DNA of 11,607 nucleotides from a virus (Duplodnaviria; Heunggongvirae; Uroviricota; Caudoviricetes): IMG/VR virus record IMGVR_UViG_2850808358_000010; one strand, 5' to 3'. Shown piece by piece: positions 6,490 to 11,607 of this stretch (position 1 is its first letter; each line of letters starts with the position of its first letter). The notes under the pieces were generated by a model. It saw only the letters and a program-made list of their open reading frames with translations, ran no database searches and was not told where the DNA came from. The position numbers and the translations under genes were made by a program.

Positions 6490-6746
6490 CAGCGCAGCAC
6501 CTCCTGCACCATTTTTTCAAACTTTCCAACTTTGGTTTCCAGCTCTGCCACACAATCAACGAGCTCATCCACCGCTTTTTGTGCGCGATGTTTCGCCTGC
6601 ATCAGTTCCCTGAGCGCTGGCACCATATCCCGACGAATGGCATCTTTTGTTACACCTGTTTTTTCCAGTTGTTCCGCCTGTCGCAACATTTCCTGCGCGT
6701 GTTTACGCAATTGTTCAGGGGTAAAAGTCATTGTCTGGTTGTTCAA
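6489..6746 (-). CDS. Small hypothetical alpha-helical protein (85 aa), nin-region position, translationally coupled on both sides
   Basis: Its start ATG overlaps the helicase stop (ATGA) and its stop overlaps the rusA start (TGATG). Predicted helical and charged (EQLRKHAQEMLRQAEQLEK...). No family recognised. Confidence 0.55.
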   Translation of the reverse strand: MNNQTMTFTPEQLRKHAQEMLRQAEQLEKTGVTKDAIRRDMVPALRELMQAKHRAQKAVDELVDCVAELETKVGKFEKMVQEVLR

Positions 6747-8134
6747 AAGAAACGCTCCATCTTACTGCTGTCGGTACGTGTATTGCTGTATCTGCGCGGC
6801 TGGGGCTGCCGCATTGGGGTGGAAAGAACCTGTGCGCTTTCCTGGTCCACAGGCAGAAAATGTCCGTTATAAAAACGCCGGTAAATCGTCCCCAGAGAAC
6901 CGTTACGTTGTTTCGTGATATTAATTTCTGCTATGCCTGTGGCCTGTGTATCCGGGTTGTACACTTCATCCCTGTAAAGCATCAGAATGATGTCTGCATC
7001 CGCCTCTATTTCTCCGGAATTTTTCAGGTCTGAGTTCATGGGACGTTTATTGGGTCTGGACTCCACACCGCGGGAGAGCTGGCTCAGCGCAATCAACGGA
7101 AAACCACCGGATTTTGCCAGGCCTTTAAGCCCCTTTGAGATTTCACCCACGGCAAGGTCATGACGCCCCGTGGTTCGGGTTTTTATCAGCCCGAGATAAT
7201 CAACCACCACCAGCGCCGTTTCCGGATGTTTAATCAGATGGTGTTTCGTTGTTGCGCATATCTCATCAATGGTCAGGTTCGCCTGGTCCACCATCCAGAT
7301 ATTGCGCCCGGTCATCCGCCCCACCCCTTGTGAGAAACGCGCCCAGTCTTCATCTTCAAAGTGAGCCACAGATTTCAGGCGTGATACTGGCATCCCTCCA
7401 GCCGCAGACACCATACGTTCACCAATCTGGATGTTCGCCATCTCCATGGTGAACAGAAGCACACCATGCCCCTGCTCAGTCACCTTGTCGATGATGTCCA
7501 GCGCAAGTTCGGTTTTCCCCATCGAAGGACGAGCCGCAATAAATACCAGGTCGCCGGGCTCCATGCCGCCTGTTTTTGCGTCCAGTTCATCAATACCGGT
7601 CATCAACGTCCTGGATTTCTCCAGTCCCTGACTCCGGCATTCAACACGCTCAACCACCTCCGGAAGCACATCATCAATATGTACCGACTGAATAACGCCC
7701 TTTTCCGTCGACAATGAGGCCATCATGTTCTGTGCATCCTTAAGAGCATCTTCAGCTGCTTCACAGGTATGCGCATCGCGTAATTTCTGTAATGCCTCGT
7801 TCAGTGTTTTTTCTGCATCACGCAGTGCGGCATTGCGTCGCAGTGCTGCAACATAGTGTTCCAGAGATGACTTCACCCAGGTTTTACGCCCGGTATCAGT
7901 AATCACCGGGGCAAGTTCTGGCATCTCATTGCACAACAGCACAGGATCAATCACGCCGGACACACGGGCCTGTCTGCAGATGCCTGTGTAGATATCCCGG
8001 TACGGTCGTACAGAAAAAACGTCCGCCGGTAGTGTGGTCAGAATATCCATCACTTCAGGATCTGCTCCGCGCAGAAAGAACGCGCCGATGACAGCGCCTT
8101 CAAGGTCATCGTTACGCCATACTGGAGTTGTCAT
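6743..8134 (-). CDS. DnaB-family replicative DNA helicase (phage-encoded)
   Basis: 463 aa with Walker A ARPSMGKTELALD, Walker B-like LVVVDYLGLI, and DnaB-type N- and C-terminal domains. The start overlaps the stop of the upstream loader-like fragment (ATGA). Confidence 0.9.
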   Translation of the reverse strand: MTTPVWRNDDLEGAVIGAFFLRGADPEVMDILTTLPADVFSVRPYRDIYTGICRQARVSGVIDPVLLCNEMPELAPVITDTGRKTWVKSSLEHYVAALRRNAALRDAEKTLNEALQKLRDAHTCEAAEDALKDAQNMMASLSTEKGVIQSVHIDDVLPEVVERVECRSQGLEKSRTLMTGIDELDAKTGGMEPGDLVFIAARPSMGKTELALDIIDKVTEQGHGVLLFTMEMANIQIGERMVSAAGGMPVSRLKSVAHFEDEDWARFSQGVGRMTGRNIWMVDQANLTIDEICATTKHHLIKHPETALVVVDYLGLIKTRTTGRHDLAVGEISKGLKGLAKSGGFPLIALSQLSRGVESRPNKRPMNSDLKNSGEIEADADIILMLYRDEVYNPDTQATGIAEINITKQRNGSLGTIYRRFYNGHFLPVDQESAQVLSTPMRQPQPRRYSNTRTDSSKMERFF

Positions 8135-8363
8135 GCAGCCACACCTCTGATACGAGAACGGTAACTGGGCCAGTTAAACGACAACCAGTTGCGTCCCCCG
8201 TCTGTGATCCTGTCGGCAATTCGGGGACTGATGAACGCCCACAACTCTTCCGGTGAGAGGTTACTGATCAGAATGGTGGGCAAGATACTTTCGTACCTGG
8301 CGTTGATAATTTCCTGCAAAATAGCCATTTCAGCCGCGCTGCCAAACTGAACGCCAACTTCGT
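8131..8363 (-). pseudogene. C-terminal fragment of a DnaC/IstB-like helicase-loader gene, decapitated by the IS insertion
   Basis: The residual ORF ...ILQEIINARYESILPTILISNLSPEELWAFISPRIADRI...SYRSR resembles the C-terminus of the DnaC/IstB AAA+ family as recalled. The six-frame ORF 8131..8412 takes its first 16 codons from IS sequence, so the native 5' part is missing. Confidence 0.55.
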
Positions 8364-8427
8364 TGAGGTAGCCTGAGTTTAACGGACACTCCTTCCTGAA
8401 ATAGAATGGCATCAGAAGGAGCTAATA

Positions 8428-8730
8428 ATGAGCAGAAAAACCCAACGTTACTCTAAAGAGTTCAAAGCCGAAGCTGTCAGAACGGTTCTTGAAAATCAAC
8501 TTTCGATCAGTGAAGGCGCTTCCCGATTATCCCTTCCTGAAGGCACTTTAGGACAATGGGTTACCGCCGCCAGAAAAGGGCTCGGTACTCCTGGTTCCCG
8601 CACGGTGGCTGAACTGGAATCTGAAATTCTGCAACTGCGTAAGGCGTTAAATGAAGCTCGCCTTGAGCGAGATATATTAAAAAAAGCAACAGCGTATTTT
8701 GCACAGGAGTCGCTGAAAAATACGCGTTAA
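8428..8730 (+). CDS. IS3-family transposase OrfA
   Basis: 100 aa, identical to the ORF at 1..303 (-). AGGAG lies upstream of the ATG. Confidence 0.9.
   Translation: MSRKTQRYSKEFKAEAVRTVLENQLSISEGASRLSLPEGTLGQWVTAARKGLGTPGSRTVAELESEILQLRKALNEARLERDILKKATAYFAQESLKNTR
8679..8686 (+). promoter_or_regulatory. Programmed -1 ribosomal frameshift slippery site (A AAA AAA G) joining orfA to orfB
   Basis: A7G run sits at the end of orfA in the zero frame (TTA AAA AAA GCA). The -1 frame stays open from here into orfB (8766..9584), whose frame is -1 relative to orfA. Confidence 0.7.
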
Positions 8731-8765
8731 TCGAACAATGGCGACAACAATTTCCCATTGAAGCG

Positions 8766-9584
8766 ATGTGTCAGGTATTTGGTGTATCCAGGAGCGGTTA
8801 TTACAACCGGGTACAGCATGAACCCTCAGACAGAAAACAAAGTGATGAGCGGCTAAAACTGGAGATTAAGGTGGCACATATCCGCACTCGCGAAACATAT
8901 GGAACCCGGCGGCTCCAGACGGAGCTGGCAGAGAATGGCATCATCGTTGGTCGTGACCGACTGGCACGTCTTCGTAAGGAGCTAAGGCTACGCTGTAAGC
9001 AGAAACGCAAGTTCAGAGCGACTACGAACCCGAACCACAATCTGCCAGTTGCGCCAAATCTGCTGAACCAGACGTTCGCTCCTACAGCACCAAATCAGGT
9101 CTGGGTGGCGGACCTGACGTATGTTGCCACACAGGAGGGATGGTTGTACCTCGCTGGCATCAAAGATGTTTATACGTGCGAAATTGTCGGCTACGCCATG
9201 GGAGAGCGCATGACAAAAGAGCTGACAGGTAAAGCCCTGTTTATGGCTCTCAGGAGCCAGCGCCCACCTGCCGGGCTAATCCACCACTCTGATCGAGGTT
9301 CACAGTACTGCGCATACGATTACCGGGTCATACAGGAGCAGTTTGGTCTGAAAACATCAATGTCGCGTAAAGGTAACTGTTACGACAACGCTCCGATGGA
9401 AAGCTTCTGGGGAACGCTGAAAAATGAGAGCCTGAGCCACTATCGTTTTAATAACCGGGATGAAGCCATCTCAGTAATACGGGAATACATTGAGATTTTC
9501 TACAATCGTCAGCGTCGTCACTCTCGTCTGGGGAATATCTCCCCGGCAGCCTTCAGGGAAAAATATCATCAGATGGCTGCTTAA
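8766..9584 (+). CDS. IS3-family transposase OrfB (DDE integrase-like catalytic domain), expressed as an OrfAB fusion
   Basis: 272 aa with DDE-type motifs (WVADLTYV..., HSDRGSQY..., ESFWGTLKNE) typical of the IS3 rve domain. Confidence 0.9.
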   Translation: MCQVFGVSRSGYYNRVQHEPSDRKQSDERLKLEIKVAHIRTRETYGTRRLQTELAENGIIVGRDRLARLRKELRLRCKQKRKFRATTNPNHNLPVAPNLLNQTFAPTAPNQVWVADLTYVATQEGWLYLAGIKDVYTCEIVGYAMGERMTKELTGKALFMALRSQRPPAGLIHHSDRGSQYCAYDYRVIQEQFGLKTSMSRKGNCYDNAPMESFWGTLKNESLSHYRFNNRDEAISVIREYIEIFYNRQRRHSRLGNISPAAFREKYHQMAA

Positions 9585-9694
9585 AAAAAGAACAAATGGT
9601 AGTGTCCGCTATTGCCAGTACACCTCAAAGGGGTTCATGTATTAAAAGTCGACGGAGTTAAAGAACGTTGGGTCGACTTAATGGAGATTTCAAA

Positions 9695-10867
9695 ATGGGC
9701 AAGAAAGAACAAGGATCATTACCTCTCCCAAGAGGAGTAACTATTCGTCAATACAAGAATTGCTCTACATTAGTTGTAACCTTCACATATAAAGGGGTTC
9801 TTTGCAGAGAACCCTTACCAAGGCTGGAAGCTAACGCAAAGGGGATTAAGTATGCAGAGCGACTTCTCGGAGAAATAAAAAACCAAATCTGTGATGATTC
9901 ATTCGATTTTTCAAAATACTTTCCAAACTCCAGGAAGTTAGCATTATTTGGAATGGTAAAGAAGAATAAAAGTGTGAGAGATTACCTAGATGAATATCTG
10001 GAAATTTGCAAAAACAGAAAGTTATCACCTTCAACAATAAATGGATATGAAAAATGCGTATCTGCATTATCGGAACTACATAAGCTACATGTCGTTGACC
10101 TGACACCAGCAATATTAAAAAAATGGATTTCAAGAAGAACAACAAAACTTAAGACCATAAGAAACAATCTGTCATTTTTAAGAAGCGCAGTAGATGAAGC
10201 GGTCACTGACGGACTTATAACGATAAATCCTGTAAAACTGGTTAGTGCAAGTAGATACCATGCGGTTAACCATACAGCCAATGCTGATGATTATGAAGTG
10301 GATCCCTTCACGCCAGCAGAGGCAACAGCTATCTACAACGCCTGTCTCTATCAGGAATGGAGAAATCTTTTTTGTTTCGCATTCAATACAGGCCTTCGAA
10401 GCTCAGAATTATGTGCATTGCGTTGGTCTGATATTGATTTTATTGGGCATACCGTTCACGTACAGGTCGCTTCTGTCGTTGGTGTAATAAAAGGAACCAA
10501 AACAAAAGCAGGGACCAGAAAAGTTGAATTAAACAATGAAGCCATAATGGCATTGCAGTCCCAGAAATCATTTACGATGATGAGAAGTGATTTTGTATTC
10601 AGTGATCCAAAAACACGCAAGCCGTGGGCTAATTCAGCTGCGATTCGCAAGAAAGCCTGGATTCCGACGCTTAAAAAAGCCGGAGTTCGTTACCGCAATC
10701 CATATCAGACCAGGCATACATTCGCTACACAGCATATCAGCCAGGGGGCAAATTTATTCTGGCTTGCCGGTCAAATGGGACACAAAGGACCAGAAATGCT
10801 GTTTAGACACTATGGTTCATATTTATCAGAATATGATGGCAAGACTGCAATCTCAAAAGTCATCTAG
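9695..10867 (+). CDS. int: Tyrosine recombinase / phage-type integrase
   Basis: C-terminal catalytic signature (R in LRSSELCALRWSDID, H-x-x-R in RHTFATQ, Y in LFRHYGSY) with an N-terminal arm-binding-like domain. Start set at the ATG at 9695 (GGAG 8 nt upstream); the six-frame ORF starts at TTG 9668. The gene is visibly AT-rich compared with the prophage body. Confidence 0.9.
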   Translation: MGKKEQGSLPLPRGVTIRQYKNCSTLVVTFTYKGVLCREPLPRLEANAKGIKYAERLLGEIKNQICDDSFDFSKYFPNSRKLALFGMVKKNKSVRDYLDEYLEICKNRKLSPSTINGYEKCVSALSELHKLHVVDLTPAILKKWISRRTTKLKTIRNNLSFLRSAVDEAVTDGLITINPVKLVSASRYHAVNHTANADDYEVDPFTPAEATAIYNACLYQEWRNLFCFAFNTGLRSSELCALRWSDIDFIGHTVHVQVASVVGVIKGTKTKAGTRKVELNNEAIMALQSQKSFTMMRSDFVFSDPKTRKPWANSAAIRKKAWIPTLKKAGVRYRNPYQTRHTFATQHISQGANLFWLAGQMGHKGPEMLFRHYGSYLSEYDGKTAISKVI

Positions 10868-10952
10868 CCACTTAAATATTTCAAAATATGTACTAAGGTA
10901 GGACACAGAATAGACACCGACTTACACCTGAAATACATAAAAATATACAGAA

Positions 10953-10983
10953 ACGATATGAAATCTTTTGTTTTTCATATCGT
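10953..10983. repeat. Perfect 11-bp inverted repeat (ACGATATGAAA / TTTCATATCGT) with a 9-nt spacer, between int and the att core
   Basis: Read directly from the sequence. Position suggests an int transcript terminator or a recombination accessory site. Confidence 0.5.
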
Positions 10984-11001
10984 TATGTAATTTTGGTGTT
11001 T

Positions 11002-11027
11002 GGGTTCAACTCCCGCCAGCTCCACCA
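11002..11027 (+). other. tmRNA (ssrA) 3'-end-like sequence (T-arm + acceptor + CCA): probable attachment-site core / island junction
   Basis: GGGTTCAACTCCCGCCAGCTCCACCA matches the 3' terminus of enterobacterial tmRNA as recalled. No upstream tRNA/tmRNA body is present, so this is a partial copy of the kind left at integration junctions. Confidence 0.5.
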
Positions 11028-11156
11028 ATCATGATTGGACGGTGTAAGGACAACACCAATAAAAACAGGAAGTTAGAATTCTCAGCAGGACACCGACCAG
11101 ACGGTGAGGAGACATAAAAGGATACGCAAAGGAGCCGCGGCTCCTGGTGACATGAA

Positions 11157-11179
11157 AGCCCACAGATGTGGGCTTTTTC
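11157..11179 (+). terminator. Intrinsic terminator (bidirectional in form, stronger on plus): GCCCAC-agat-GTGGGC followed by TTTTT
   Basis: Hairpin and T-run read directly. It lies just downstream of the autotransporter stop on the other strand. Confidence 0.5.
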
Positions 11180-11187
11180 GTTGATGG

Positions 11188-11607
11188 TCAGAACGACCAG
11201 TTCACACCAGCTACCCCGTTCCACGGGGATTCCACACCGGCACCATGGCTATACCCCACCCCAAGATGCCCGCTTAACGTACTGCTGAATGAGGCTTTAA
11301 TACCTGCCTGGTATATTCCACGTCTGCCCGACAAATCATTGACGAAATTACCGTCACTATTCACTTTCACCCGGTTATCATCGACAAATTCTTTGCGCAC
11401 AGCCGCCTTCAGCCACGGCTCAACTTCCATACCGTTCCCCAGACGCATGTTGTAACTCAGCGTTGCACCCAGTTCACGATATAAACTGCGGGTATCGACT
11501 GATTTCGATTCCATGCCATTGGATAAATGATATTCAGGGTTATCAGCGGTGAACCCCGTTAACGATGCATACGGCGTCAGGTTCCAGTTACCATCGGTAA
11601 ATCGCAT
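11188..11607 (-). CDS. 3' end of an autotransporter / outer-membrane beta-barrel domain gene (partial; continues beyond the window end)
   Basis: Alternating-hydrophobicity beta-strand pattern ending in the aromatic-terminal motif ...GVAGVNWSF, typical of autotransporter translocator domains. The ORF runs off the right edge of the window. Confidence 0.65.
   Translation of the reverse strand: MRFTDGNWNLTPYASLTGFTADNPEYHLSNGMESKSVDTRSLYRELGATLSYNMRLGNGMEVEPWLKAAVRKEFVDDNRVKVNSDGNFVNDLSGRRGIYQAGIKASFSSTLSGHLGVGYSHGAGVESPWNGVAGVNWSF

Larger units (their letters stand above)
8364..9627 (+). mobile_element. IS3-family insertion sequence, complete copy, 1264 bp (IS600-like; tentative), imperfect terminal inverted repeats starting TGAGGT
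   Basis: Left end TGAGGTAGCCTGAGTTTAACGGACACT; right end reverse complement TGAGGTGTACTGGCAATAGCGGACACT. It carries orfA and orfB with a -1 frameshift window. No matching 3-4 bp direct repeat flanks it (CGT on the left, AAG on the right). Confidence 0.85.

Noticed and set aside
6481..7717. Plus-strand ORFs 6481..6918, 6579..6872, 6731..7033, 7249..7452, 7431..7631 and 7466..7717
   Set aside because: All lie antisense to the helicase or small-ORF coding sequence and are Ser/Cys/Arg-rich shadow frames. None has an RBS.
8561..9040. Minus-strand ORFs 8561..8758 and 8801..9040 inside the IS3-family element
   Set aside because: Antisense to orfA and orfB; no support.
9668..9694. Integrase start at TTG 9668 as given by the six-frame track
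   Set aside because: The in-frame ATG at 9695 has a GGAG at proper spacing, and the extension adds only 9 residues encoded partly by IS-adjacent sequence.
9846..10901. ORFs 9846..10145 (-), 9982..10281 (-), 10245..10487 (+), 10456..10650 (-) and 10587..10901 (+) overlapping the integrase
   Set aside because: Alternative-frame and antisense ORFs in an AT-rich gene, with hydrophobic low-complexity translations. The integrase frame carries the conserved R-H-R-Y motifs.
11006..11455. ORFs 11006..11224 (-) and 11168..11455 (+)
   Set aside because: The first spans the att core and terminator hairpins with Cys/Ser-rich composition; the second is antisense to the autotransporter gene. Neither has support.

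Overview
This window is a degraded, IS-riddled lambdoid prophage segment from an Enterobacteriaceae genome (E. coli/Shigella-like), encoded almost entirely on the minus strand. Reading the minus strand from high to low coordinate: truncated DnaC/IstB-like helicase-loader fragment, DnaB-like helicase, small coupled ORF, rusA (split by a complete IS4 with a 13-bp target duplication), Q antiterminator, pR'/tR'-like late promoter and terminator, an ORF6N-domain cargo gene, a compact 4-tRNA array (CAT, TCT, TGT, TCC), about 0.7 kb of ORF-poor structured DNA, pinholin, SAR endolysin, Rz/Rz1, HNH endonuclease, a candidate cos dyad and a 24-codon stub of a small-terminase-like gene. Two copies of a 1264-bp IS3-family element (IS600-like, tentative) in inverted orientation bracket this segment; the left copy is cut by the window edge. 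To the right lie an AT-rich tyrosine integrase, a 26-nt tmRNA (ssrA) 3'-end-like att core and the 3' end of an autotransporter gene. I found no CRISPR array, retron, toxin-antitoxin pair or recognisable defence enzyme; if there is something undescribed here, the best candidates are the cargo region between Q and the lysis genes (ORF6N gene, tRNA array, structured non-coding stretch). All family assignments are from reading the six-frame translations and motifs by eye and from memory; no searches or folding calculations were run.
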